A stretch of 64,000 bases of DNA, taken from contig JBAYOH010000001.1 in the NCBI GenBank assembly GCA_041678455.1, positions 7,387 to 71,386 of the forward strand, read 5' to 3'. Positions 1 to 8,896 of this stretch are shown in pieces. The DNA comes from Methanofastidiosum sp. GTDB taxonomy: Archaea; Methanobacteriota_B; Thermococci; Methanofastidiosales; Methanofastidiosaceae. Numbering within the stretch: position 1 is the stretch's first letter; each line of letters begins with the position of its first letter. The notes below the pieces were generated by a model that searched no databases, had not been told where the DNA came from, and saw nothing but the letters and a program-made list of their open reading frames with translations. The position numbers were made by a program, and so were the translations under genes.

Positions 1-536
1 TTCCCAATATTTTTTCCTTTAGATACAAAAACATGACATATTTCAATATCTTTATAGTCCCCATGTCGAATAAGTTCAAGCGATTGAGAAAGAGTTTCGA
101 GGGTTATTGCTAGTATCACCAAACGACCTTCCGATTTTAAATTAAGGCGAAGCCAATCAAATATCTCATTTAACTTTCCGCCACTCCCCCCTATCAATGC
201 CCTGTCTACACTTGGAACAGAGGATAAGCTCTCAGGTGCTACACCTTGTATAATAATAATGTTCTTTATTCCAAAGTAATTTACATTTTTTTCAATTGTA
301 CCTATCCTTTCTTTTTCCATCTCAATGGAGTATACCACTCCCTTATTTGAAATTAGTGCCGCCTCAATCGAAATTGAACCTGTGCCGGCCCCTATGTCTA
401 GGATATCACTATCCTCTTTAAGTCTTAATTTTGATAGTGCCAATACCCTGACTTCTTCCTTTGTCATTGGTGAGTTATCCTTAGAAAAATTTTCATCTGG
501 GATGCCTGCTGTTCGGAAGTTCCAATTAAATACCAT
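1..536 (-). CDS. cbiT: Cobalt-precorrin-6B C15-methyltransferase (decarboxylating) CbiT, 3'-partial; the C-terminus runs off the window start. Begins MVFNWNFRTAGIPDENF..MTKEEVR.. and carries the SAM motif DIGAGTGSISIE.
   Basis: Reverse-complement translation of 1..536 is open and matches the CbiT family (VLALSKLRL, DIGAGTGS). The ATG at 536..534 overlaps the cbiE stop by 11 nt. It is absent from the ORF track because it is partial. Confidence 0.8.
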   Translation of the reverse strand, partial: MVFNWNFRTAGIPDENFSKDNSPMTKEEVRVLALSKLRLKEDSDILDIGAGTGSISIEAALISNKGVVYSIEMEKERIGTIEKNVNYFGIKNIIIIQGVAPESLSSVPSVDRALIGGSGGKLNEIFDWLRLNLKSEGRLVILAITLETLSQSLELIRHGDYKDIEICHVFVSKGKNIG

Positions 537-1152
537 CAATTATCACCATTGCACACAATCCATTGCTTGTTATTTTTGAAATATCATAAACTGTACCAAC
601 AATAATTTTTTCATTTTTATAGGAAAGATCTTGGCCCAAGTATATTGTTTTTTCTTTAATGCCCGCATCAAGTAATATTTGGGCCACTATTTCAGGTTTC
701 ATCTTGTTATCCATTAGAACTCCAACTTTCCTATTTTTTTTAACTATATCTACTATATCAACGTCCCTACCATGAAGACTACAAAAAAACGAATCATTCC
801 AGGATTCACCTATTTTGGAGAATAGATACTGGATAGAAGATATACCGGGGATTACATCAAGCATTTCTTTATCAAAATATCTTTTTAGATACTCCAGCAT
901 CCCATAAAATCCTGGATCGCCTGAGAGTATTACAACTAATTTTTTATCAATATAATTTTTCTTTATGAAATCAATGACATCGTTCAAATTATTTTTTATG
1001 ATGAAGATTTCTTTTCCTTTGATGTCAATTGAATCCAAATTTCTTTTTCCACCAACTACGATATCTGCTTCTTTGATTTTTTTCATTCCTATGGGGATAA
1101 TATAATCAATATTTCCAGGCCCGCCCCCAACAACATATATTTTATTCATCAT
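526..1152 (-). CDS. cbiE: Cobalt-precorrin-7 C5-methyltransferase CbiE
   Basis: 208 aa. N-terminal YVVGGGPGN motif and tetrapyrrole-methylase fold signatures. Sits in the cbi operon with 4-nt overlaps to neighbours. Confidence 0.85.
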   Translation of the reverse strand: MMNKIYVVGGGPGNIDYIIPIGMKKIKEADIVVGGKRNLDSIDIKGKEIFIIKNNLNDVIDFIKKNYIDKKLVVILSGDPGFYGMLEYLKRYFDKEMLDVIPGISSIQYLFSKIGESWNDSFFCSLHGRDVDIVDIVKKNRKVGVLMDNKMKPEIVAQILLDAGIKEKTIYLGQDLSYKNEKIIVGTVYDISKITSNGLCAMVIIDGI

Positions 1153-2264
1153 ATCCCTTTGAACCCTTCTATCATGTTTTCTGCATTTTTACTCATACCC
1201 AACAAACCGTGTTTTAAGGAATATATGACGCAACTAACTTCAATTTTATTTTGTGTACGTTTAGTGCATCTTTCTGATATCTTCTCGGCCAGTATATTGA
1301 AAACATCTTTTAATCCATCCTTTAATATGTAATCAACTGCCTCTTCGGTAGTGTTACTCTCCATGATTTCTCTAATTAATCTTGTGTCACATTTAATTAA
1401 GGCACAATTTGCAGCAAGTGTTTCCATCCTCGAATCAGTTACTTTGCTGTGTGTGTTAAAGGAGCCTGATGCCACCTTTACAAGTTTACCAATATGCCCC
1501 ACTAAGAGGATTTTTCCGATACCAAATTCACAAGCTTTGTCCAGCATGTCCCCAACAAAGTTACTTATTTTTACAGAAGGTATTTTATCGAGATTTAGCT
1601 CTTTCTTTAGAAAATTAATACCATAATTTCCTGGGACAAATATAATATTTTTTTCCCCTTCCTCTTTTAGGATGGATATTTCAAGCATAATGGCTTCCTT
1701 CAGTGCCTCTTCTGACATTGGCTCTACTATCCCCGAGGTGCCAATAATAGATATACCACCAACTATTCCAAGATCCGGATTAAATGTTTTTTTTGAAACT
1801 TCTTCACCTTTTGGGACAAATATTTCTATTTTAATCCCACAATCGTTAGGTAATATCTCTGAAACTGATTCACGAATCATTTTTAACGGCACAGGATTTA
1901 TTGCATAACTACCAACAGGTATTGAAAGGCCTTTTTTAGTTACTATTCCAACTCCTTTTCCGCCTGTAATTGTAATCCCATTTTCAGCTTTTTCAACTCT
2001 TGTGCATATCTCTAATTTATTTGTGACATCCGGATCATCACCTGCGTCTTTAATAACACAACATGATACTGAATCTTTTTCTATTGTAATATTATGCACA
2101 TCTAAGAATAACTCCCATCCTTTTGGGGTTACAATTGAAACTTGATTGATCTCCTTCTTATTAAAAAGCATAAGGGCTGCAGCCTTAGACGCTGCTGCCG
2201 CACATGTACCCGTAGTGTACCCATATCTTAATTTCTTACCGTCCTTTACAATATACTTTTCCAT
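1149..2264 (-). CDS. cbiD: Cobalt-precorrin-5B C1-methyltransferase CbiD
   Basis: 371 aa. The N-terminus LRYGYTTGTCAAAASKAAA is diagnostic of CbiD. Confidence 0.9.
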   Translation of the reverse strand: MEKYIVKDGKKLRYGYTTGTCAAAASKAAALMLFNKKEINQVSIVTPKGWELFLDVHNITIEKDSVSCCVIKDAGDDPDVTNKLEICTRVEKAENGITITGGKGVGIVTKKGLSIPVGSYAINPVPLKMIRESVSEILPNDCGIKIEIFVPKGEEVSKKTFNPDLGIVGGISIIGTSGIVEPMSEEALKEAIMLEISILKEEGEKNIIFVPGNYGINFLKKELNLDKIPSVKISNFVGDMLDKACEFGIGKILLVGHIGKLVKVASGSFNTHSKVTDSRMETLAANCALIKCDTRLIREIMESNTTEEAVDYILKDGLKDVFNILAEKISERCTKRTQNKIEVSCVIYSLKHGLLGMSKNAENMIEGFKGI

Positions 2265-2277
2265 AAGAATACCTGAA

Positions 2278-2910
2278 TTATTCTATCATGTAAAGCAAGG
2301 CGTTTACTATTGCTGCACCGACTGTACTCCCGCCTTTTCGACCAAGAGTTGTTATGTATGGAACTTTAGTTTTAATCAAAGCTTCTTTTGACTCTGATGC
2401 ACCAACAAAACCAACTGGCACCCCAACGATAAGGTCAGGAGATGCTTTATTGGAATTAATTGAATCGATAAGTGTGAAAAGAGCCGTTGGTGCATTTCCA
2501 ATTACAAATATCTTTATTTTATCGTTTAGGATCGCCTTTTCCATTGCGGCCATAGATCTAGTTATACCTTTTGACCTTGATTCTTCAATAACGTCATCAT
2601 CACTTACGTAGCATAAGACCTTGCCACCAAACTTTGAGAGAATTCTTTTGTTTATCCCTTCCGAAGCCATTTTTGTATCAGTATAAATATAAGATCCTTT
2701 TTTCAGAGATTCAATAGCATTGTCAATGGCCCCTTCGCTTATCTTAGTAATACTTGTGTACTCAAAGTCGGCCGTTGTATGTATGACTCTCTTTATAACT
2801 TTACCATGGCTTTCTTCAAATTTAATATCTCCTAACTCTTTTGTAATTATTTCAAAACTCTTTCTTTCAATTTTAACAGGATCCTTTTCAAATTCAATCA
2901 TCATGTTCAA
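2278..2910 (-). CDS. cbiC: Cobalt-precorrin-8 methylmutase CbiC/CobH
   Basis: 210 aa. CbiC-family motifs (HTTADFEY, TKMASEGI, GNAPTAL). Confidence 0.9.
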   Translation of the reverse strand: MNMMIEFEKDPVKIERKSFEIITKELGDIKFEESHGKVIKRVIHTTADFEYTSITKISEGAIDNAIESLKKGSYIYTDTKMASEGINKRILSKFGGKVLCYVSDDDVIEESRSKGITRSMAAMEKAILNDKIKIFVIGNAPTALFTLIDSINSNKASPDLIVGVPVGFVGASESKEALIKTKVPYITTLGRKGGSTVGAAIVNALLYMIE

Positions 2911-3767
2911 CTCAAGCCATTGTTTAATATATCTTCAATCATTTTATAATTAAGCTCTTTTTGCGATAAATATAAAAAGTTATCAATATTTTCAATCCAG
3001 ATATTTCTGATATCCTCTGAATTACAGTTTTTATGCGAGGAAATATTTCTCATGCCTAGACTATCCTCTTCAGGGAATATAAAATTATGATGATGTAACA
3101 CGCCTAGGGTAGGTACCCCAGTTATTTTTTCAAGATACGTTGTTCCACTAGAGAGTATGGAACGTTCACCCCTAAATTTATTGATTATAAAACCTTTAAC
3201 ATATTTCTGATACTCTGTGGGTAAAAGAGAAAAAGTTCCGTACAATCCGGCGAATACTCCGCCGATGTTTATATCACCAACAACAATTACTGGAGATTTT
3301 GTAATTTCTGCCGTTTTCATATTAGCTATGTCGTATTTGGAAATATTAATCTCAACAGGTGAACCTGACCCCTCACAAATCACTATGTCGTATTTTTTTG
3401 AAAGATTTGAATAGCATTCATGTATTTCCTTTAACAATTCCCCTCTAATGTTTTCCATGTCAGATTTCTTAAAATCCCCCAATGGTTTTCCTTTAAGAAT
3501 AATTTGATATGAGCCTTTCCCCTTTGGCTTTAGCAAAATTGGATTCATATCGTACTCTGGTTCTATGTTAGAAACCCACGCTTGGAAACTCTGGGATATG
3601 CTTATTTCATGACCTTTGTCTGTGACAAAGGAGTTTAGGGATAAATTTTGAGCTTTGAATGGTGCAACTGAAAATCCTTTTTTATAAAAATACCTACAAA
3701 GCAAAGCTGTTATGATACTTTTCCCAGCTCCTGATGTTGCTGCCTGGATAATTAAGGATAAGCTCAG
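2907..3767 (-). CDS. CobQ-like paralog with the P-loop/CobQ-CobB-MinD nucleotide-binding domain only and no glutamine amidotransferase domain. The ORF track starts at TTG 3704 (MLCRYFYKK...), but the conserved P-loop (LIIQAATSGAGKS) lies in frame upstream. I propose a CTG start at 3767..3765 overlapping the cbiP stop as CTGA.
   Basis: About 45% identity to the central domain of the adjacent CbiP (ATSGAGKS, VAPFKAQNLSLNSFVT, ICEGSGSPVEINI, ANMKTAEI). The upstream frame is open from a TGA near 3840, with no ATG/GTG/TTG before 3704. GGAGGA lies 6 nt upstream of the CTG. Confidence 0.65.
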   Translation of the reverse strand: MSLSLIIQAATSGAGKSIITALLCRYFYKKGFSVAPFKAQNLSLNSFVTDKGHEISISQSFQAWVSNIEPEYDMNPILLKPKGKGSYQIILKGKPLGDFKKSDMENIRGELLKEIHECYSNLSKKYDIVICEGSGSPVEINISKYDIANMKTAEITKSPVIVVGDINIGGVFAGLYGTFSLLPTEYQKYVKGFIINKFRGERSILSSGTTYLEKITGVPTLGVLHHHNFIFPEEDSLGMRNISSHKNCNSEDIRNIWIENIDNFLYLSQKELNYKMIEDILNNGLS

Positions 3768-5596
3768 GGTGAATCCTCCAAGCCGATAGTAGTGTAAAGT
3801 TGATGCATATCTATATTTTCTTCAAAAGTTTTTGCTAGCTTTTCAAGGTTTAAATCTATTACATGATTATAGTCAAAGTATGTCTCTTCATTTGTATCGG
3901 CTATTTTCTTAGATATCAAACTTAAAAAATATTTCCTAAATGAAGGTAAATCAAATACGCCGTGTATATATGTCCCCATTACCTTGAGATTAGTATCTAT
4001 ACAACCTTCAAAATGAGTCCCATCGGCGTCGTCTATTTGAAAAATTGGCCTATTTGCATGCATTATTGTTTTACCCATGTGAATTTCATAGCCTCGTATA
4101 AAGCCATCCCCCACCCGGTATTCCTCGAGAACTTTGCCATTCACCTGCACAGTTTTTTTATCGTATAAATCAAAGTAGGTAGAAACGTCTAGAAGACCCA
4201 GGCCATCGTACTCTGCTTCTTCTTCGCCTTCTATACCTTTGTCAATAATTTTATTACCGAGCATTTGGTATCCGCCGCATATTCCAATTATGGGGATAGA
4301 GCCTGACCTTTTTTTTATTGATTCAAAGAATCCTTTTTGTTTTAACCATTTTAAATCTTCAACTGTATTTTTAGTTCCTGGGATAATAATTGCATCGACC
4401 TTCTTGACTTTTGTTGGATCATCAATAAAAATCACTGAAACATCTTTCTCCAAACCTAGTGCATCAAAATCTGTAAAATTAGATATCCTTGGAAGTTTGA
4501 TTACGCCTATTAAAATTTTTGAACTATCCATCTCTTCTGACTTTATAAACATTGAATCTTCTGTTGGAAGATTAAGCTCTATGTGTGGAACAATGCCCAA
4601 AACTGGGACACCGACTAATCTTTCAATTTCTTCTATTCCGTCATGAAGAGAAGATTTATCTCCCCTTAGATTATTTATTATTACTCCTTTGAACCGTTTC
4701 CTATCTTTATCGTGAAGTAAGTTTAATGTTCCATAGATATATGCAAAAGATCCACCCCATTCTATATTGACAACTAATATGCATGGAGCGTCTGCAATCT
4801 CTGCAGTTTTCATATTTGCTATTTCACAATCTCTTATGTTAATTTCTGCTGGACTTCCTGCTCCTTCGAGTACAACGACATCATTTAATCTTCTAAGAAA
4901 ATGGAGGTTACTCTTTGCAATTTCAAGACCTTTTGACCTTGTAAAGGAATAATACTCTTCGACGTCCATGTCTTTGTAAGGTTTCCCCTCGATTATCACT
5001 TGGGATACGTTGTCTTTTTTCGGCTTCAGCAGAATAGGGTTCATGTATGCTCTAGGTTTAATCCTTGCAGCCTTTGCTTGGAGGTCTTGGATATTTGCAA
5101 TTTCTTCTCCAAATTCAGTCACAAAGGAGTTAAGTGACATGTTCTGGGATTTGAAGGGAGCTACCTTATAATCTCTGTTTGATAGAATCCTGCACAGGGC
5201 CGCGACCGTTAAAGATTTACCTGCGCCAGAGGTTGCCCCCAATATCATGATAGTTTTGGCATATTTATGGTGTGATGTTTCAATTGTTTTTTTTATCGAG
5301 AGAATTTCATCTTTAGAACAATTAAAGTATTCATCTTTTAATAACTCAAAGCATCTCTTTGCAACATCATTTCTATGTATCCAGAAACAATCTTTGCAAC
5401 TCCACGTTTTATTTCCCTTTTTAGAGGTTATTTCTTTTCCGAGAAAGGGATCATTGCAGGGATAAAAAGGACAATAGCAAAATGTACAATCTTGACCCTC
5501 AAAGTGACATGGATAATACTCACAGGTTCTATTACTGCCAATAATCCCATTTTTAAATTGTTTTTTTACTTCTTCAGTCAAATTTTCTTGAGACAT
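3764..5596 (-). CDS. cbiP: Cobyric acid synthase CbiP/CobQ (ATPase domain plus class-I GATase domain) with an extra N-terminal Cys-rich domain of about 120 aa (CEYYPCHFEGQDCTFCYCPFYPC ... CKDC)
   Basis: 610 aa. P-loop GATSGAGKS, CobQ core, and GATase motifs IIIPGTKNT / GICGGYQMLG. The N-terminal Cys cluster resembles the small 'zf-like' Cys-rich domain seen fused to some archaeal corrin enzymes. Confidence 0.9.
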   Translation of the reverse strand: MSQENLTEEVKKQFKNGIIGSNRTCEYYPCHFEGQDCTFCYCPFYPCNDPFLGKEITSKKGNKTWSCKDCFWIHRNDVAKRCFELLKDEYFNCSKDEILSIKKTIETSHHKYAKTIMILGATSGAGKSLTVAALCRILSNRDYKVAPFKSQNMSLNSFVTEFGEEIANIQDLQAKAARIKPRAYMNPILLKPKKDNVSQVIIEGKPYKDMDVEEYYSFTRSKGLEIAKSNLHFLRRLNDVVVLEGAGSPAEINIRDCEIANMKTAEIADAPCILVVNIEWGGSFAYIYGTLNLLHDKDRKRFKGVIINNLRGDKSSLHDGIEEIERLVGVPVLGIVPHIELNLPTEDSMFIKSEEMDSSKILIGVIKLPRISNFTDFDALGLEKDVSVIFIDDPTKVKKVDAIIIPGTKNTVEDLKWLKQKGFFESIKKRSGSIPIIGICGGYQMLGNKIIDKGIEGEEEAEYDGLGLLDVSTYFDLYDKKTVQVNGKVLEEYRVGDGFIRGYEIHMGKTIMHANRPIFQIDDADGTHFEGCIDTNLKVMGTYIHGVFDLPSFRKYFLSLISKKIADTNEETYFDYNHVIDLNLEKLAKTFEENIDMHQLYTTIGLEDSP

Positions 5597-5609
5597 TTTT
5601 AACCCTAGT

Positions 5610-6965
5610 TTATTTCTTGCTATACTTTAAACAACTACCAATGAATTTTTGTGGGATCTCTGGAGATGTGGCAAAGTGGAGATGCAAATAAGAGGCAATG
5701 GTTTTTTTTGATACTAAGCCATCCTTCCCATCTTGAATGCCAACTCCTCTTTTCATCTCATATGCGAAGCTATCTTCATTTAAGCTTGAAACTCTTGAAT
5801 AGTGAAACTCGTGACCCCTGATTATATCGTTTTTTTTGGAAAGGATATTGTCCTTGGTGACCTTTACTTCTGCATAACCTAGGGCCTGTCTTCTTTCGGT
5901 CATTTCAATATCAGCGTCAAAGATTCCTACCATCTTAAAGGACTTGCCATCTAGGTTTACTAGTCTCTTGCAGAGGTACATTAGACTGCCACATTCCGCA
6001 TATATTGGAATTTCATCCTCAGATTTCCCCCTTATGGCAGACATTAAGGACTTATTAGCTTCAAGTTCTTTTGCAAATATCTCTGGATATCCCCCGCCCA
6101 TGTAAATGCCATCTACATCAGGGAGTTTTCCTGTGAGAGGGGAAAAGAATTCGATATCAGCACCATAAGATTTTAGGATTTCAAAGTTATCCCAATAATA
6201 AAAATTGAAGGCATTATCAAATGCAACTCCAATTTTAATTTTTTTGTCCTCTTTACCAAATAAGGATCTACCTGTGTACTCAAGCTCTTCGGCATTTTTT
6301 GAAATTTCAATTAATCTGTCTATGTTAACATTATCTTGGACTAAACCCTTAATTATTTCATATTTTTCTGGATTATATAACTCATCAGGAGGAACTAGGC
6401 CCAAATGTCTTGAATATAAAATTTTCTCTTTAACACGAGGTATGCCTCCAAGACACTCGACCCCTCTTAACGACTGCTTTAGATAATTTAGATGTTTATC
6501 GCTTCCAATATTATTGAATATAACTCCGGCTATGTTTACATCAGGATCATATTTCTGGAATCCCATAGCAATTGCACCAAGACTTCTGGCAGACCCTCTT
6601 GAATCTAAAACTAGAATGACCGGAGATTTTAATAATTTTGATAGGTGGGCTGTACTTCCCTTTTCATTTACACCATCTATCCCATCATAAAAACCCATTA
6701 CGCCCTCTATGACTGAAATATCCTTTTTTTCTGATGCTTTTAGAAAAATTTCTAGAATAGACTCTTCAAACATCCATGTGTCCAAATTTCGTGATTTATT
6801 TCCAGTCACGATGTTGTGATGCATTGTGTCAAGAAAATCTGGGCCCGCTTTGAAAGGCTGGACAGAAAGACCTCTTTCCTTTAATGATAGAAGTATTCCG
6901 GTTGTAATAAGAGATTTACCCACTCCACTTCGCTCGCCAGCAATTACGAAACGTGGAATTTTCAT
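5610..6965 (-). CDS. cbiA: Cobyrinate a,c-diamide synthase CbiA/CobB
   Basis: 451 aa. N-terminal GERSGVGKS P-loop and a C-terminal GATase (CGSLMYL). Confidence 0.9.
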   Translation of the reverse strand: MKIPRFVIAGERSGVGKSLITTGILLSLKERGLSVQPFKAGPDFLDTMHHNIVTGNKSRNLDTWMFEESILEIFLKASEKKDISVIEGVMGFYDGIDGVNEKGSTAHLSKLLKSPVILVLDSRGSARSLGAIAMGFQKYDPDVNIAGVIFNNIGSDKHLNYLKQSLRGVECLGGIPRVKEKILYSRHLGLVPPDELYNPEKYEIIKGLVQDNVNIDRLIEISKNAEELEYTGRSLFGKEDKKIKIGVAFDNAFNFYYWDNFEILKSYGADIEFFSPLTGKLPDVDGIYMGGGYPEIFAKELEANKSLMSAIRGKSEDEIPIYAECGSLMYLCKRLVNLDGKSFKMVGIFDADIEMTERRQALGYAEVKVTKDNILSKKNDIIRGHEFHYSRVSSLNEDSFAYEMKRGVGIQDGKDGLVSKKTIASYLHLHFATSPEIPQKFIGSCLKYSKK

Positions 6966-7179
6966 AATTTGGTTTTAAATTTATTTTATTATAAGCATAT
7001 CGTAATTTAATTCATGATATAAAAAAAATTAGGAATAATATTATCCCTCACATTTAAAGAGATGTTAAACTAAATCTGTTTCCCTTCTCTGAAAGCAATT
7101 TATCTGTTTTTGACATCTTTATCCTCTCTTTGATTTCAAAAATATCGGTCAATCGATTTAGTAAATCCAAGAGAGATTA

Positions 7180-7201
7180 ATATTTAGGTCAACCTAAATA
7201 T
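7180..7201. promoter_or_regulatory. Perfect 10-bp inverted repeat with a 2-nt spacer (ATATTTAGGT-ca-ACCTAAATAT) in the divergent cbiA/cobA intergenic region. Candidate operator.
   Basis: Read directly from the sequence. Lies about 80 bp upstream of the cobA start and about 215 bp upstream of the cbiA start. Confidence 0.35.
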
Positions 7202-7281
7202 ATATTCATATCCGGTAGTTTTCAAATTCCCTGTAGACCGAATATTTTTTAAATAGAAAGAGAATTCAAGAAAATGATTTT

Positions 7282-7800
7282 ATGACAGGACTCATTCAAA
7301 TTTATACCGGTAATGGAAAAGGTAAAACAACGGCCGCATTTGGGCTTGCCATGAGGGCATCTGGCAGAGGATTAAAGGTAATGATTATACAGTTCATGAA
7401 GCAGGGAAATGCTTATGGCGAATATTTTACTGCAGAAAAAATAGACAATATTGAAATAAAATCATTTGGTAGGTCAACTTTCGTATCTTATGAAAATCCC
7501 GATAACATAGATGTTGATTTAGCTGTGCAAGGTTTAGAGTTTGCAAAAAAGGTTTTAGCGGGTGCCCAATATGATCTAGTTATTCTGGATGAAGTTCTTG
7601 TTGCATTGATGTTTAAATTAATTCCATTAAATTGCCTTATAGAATTACTTAAAAATAAGCATGAAAAAGTCGAAGTTGTTTTGACGGGAAGAGGTGCTCC
7701 AAAAACTATTATTGATATGGCAGATTTGGTTTCAGAAATAGGCGAAATTAAACACCCTTATACACAAGGGATTCATTCAAGAAAAGGCATTGACTTGTAA
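7282..7800 (+). CDS. cobA: ATP:cob(I)alamin (corrinoid) adenosyltransferase, CobA/CobO/BtuR family
   Basis: 172 aa. IYTGNGKGKTTAAFG P-loop typical of the CobA/BtuR family. Confidence 0.85.
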   Translation: MTGLIQIYTGNGKGKTTAAFGLAMRASGRGLKVMIIQFMKQGNAYGEYFTAEKIDNIEIKSFGRSTFVSYENPDNIDVDLAVQGLEFAKKVLAGAQYDLVILDEVLVALMFKLIPLNCLIELLKNKHEKVEVVLTGRGAPKTIIDMADLVSEIGEIKHPYTQGIHSRKGIDL

Positions 7801-7852
7801 TAATTACTGAATTGCAGACCATTTATGAAAAAACGGCATTCAAGGAGATATT

Positions 7853-8896
7853 ATGAATTATGAGGAGGTAATTGGCAAAATTAAACCAATAGACAAAGAT
7901 TCTATGGAAAAAACTCAGAAGAAATTAGATAATCTTACAAAACCACCTGGAAGCCTTGGTAGGCTCGAAGAGTTAGCAAAGGAAATTGCCGGGATGAAAG
8001 AGACTTCAAATCCTTCTATTTCAAAAAAGGCAATATTCATATTTGCAGGGGATCATGGAGTTACTGATGAAGGAGTTTCTGCGTATTCAAAAACTGTAAC
8101 AGCTCAGATGGTCTACAATTTTGTAAGAGGAGGAGCTGCGATCAATGTTCTATCTAAAGCTATAGACGCAGAACTTATAGTTGCAGATCTTGGTGTTGCT
8201 GGAGATATATCCTCTGACAGAGTCATTATAAAAAAAGTTGGATATGGAACAAATAACTTCTGCAAGGGACCCGCAATGACAAGGGAAAATGCAATTAAAT
8301 CAATTAACTATGGAATAGAGATATTCAATCAATTCGGCCCATATGACATAATTGGTATTGGAGAAATGGGGATTGGAAACACTACACCTTCTTCTGCAAT
8401 AGCATCTGTTTTTACAGATGCCCCCGTTGAAGATGTTACTGGGAGAGGTACAGGTGTTGGTGACGATGCATACAAAAACAAGGTAAAAATAATCAAAAAA
8501 TCAATAGAATTAAACAAACCTGACAAAAATGACCCAATTGACGTTCTATCAAAGATAGGAGGATATGAAATAGGTGGTCTTGTGGGGGTAGTACTAGCAG
8601 CAGCTATGAAAAGGACACCTGTAGTAATAGATGGCTTCATATCAACAGCTGCTGCACTGATTGCTTCCAAGATGAATTCAAATGTATCTGGCTACATAAT
8701 ACCATCTCATAACTCTGTTGAGATAGGCCATATTAAGATGCTTGAGCAGATGAAAAAGAAACCGTTGTTTGAACTGGATATGAGACTTGGAGAAGGTACT
8801 GGTGCTGCAATTGGCATTTCAATCTGCGAAATGTCACTGAAACTATTAAACGAAATGGCTACTTTTGACGATGCCGGTGTTTCAAAAAAGGATTAA
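7853..8896 (+). CDS. cobT: Nicotinate-nucleotide--dimethylbenzimidazole phosphoribosyltransferase CobT (archaeal type)
   Basis: 347 aa. Motifs PPGSLGRLEELA, FAGDHGV, GEMGIGNTT. GGAG lies 5 nt upstream of the ATG. Confidence 0.9.
   Translation: MNYEEVIGKIKPIDKDSMEKTQKKLDNLTKPPGSLGRLEELAKEIAGMKETSNPSISKKAIFIFAGDHGVTDEGVSAYSKTVTAQMVYNFVRGGAAINVLSKAIDAELIVADLGVAGDISSDRVIIKKVGYGTNNFCKGPAMTRENAIKSINYGIEIFNQFGPYDIIGIGEMGIGNTTPSSAIASVFTDAPVEDVTGRGTGVGDDAYKNKVKIIKKSIELNKPDKNDPIDVLSKIGGYEIGGLVGVVLAAAMKRTPVVIDGFISTAAALIASKMNSNVSGYIIPSHNSVEIGHIKMLEQMKKKPLFELDMRLGEGTGAAIGISICEMSLKLLNEMATFDDAGVSKKD

Noticed and set aside
8329-8670. 113-aa minus-strand ORF inside cobT
   Set aside because: Shadow ORF on the opposite strand of a well-supported gene; low-complexity translation.
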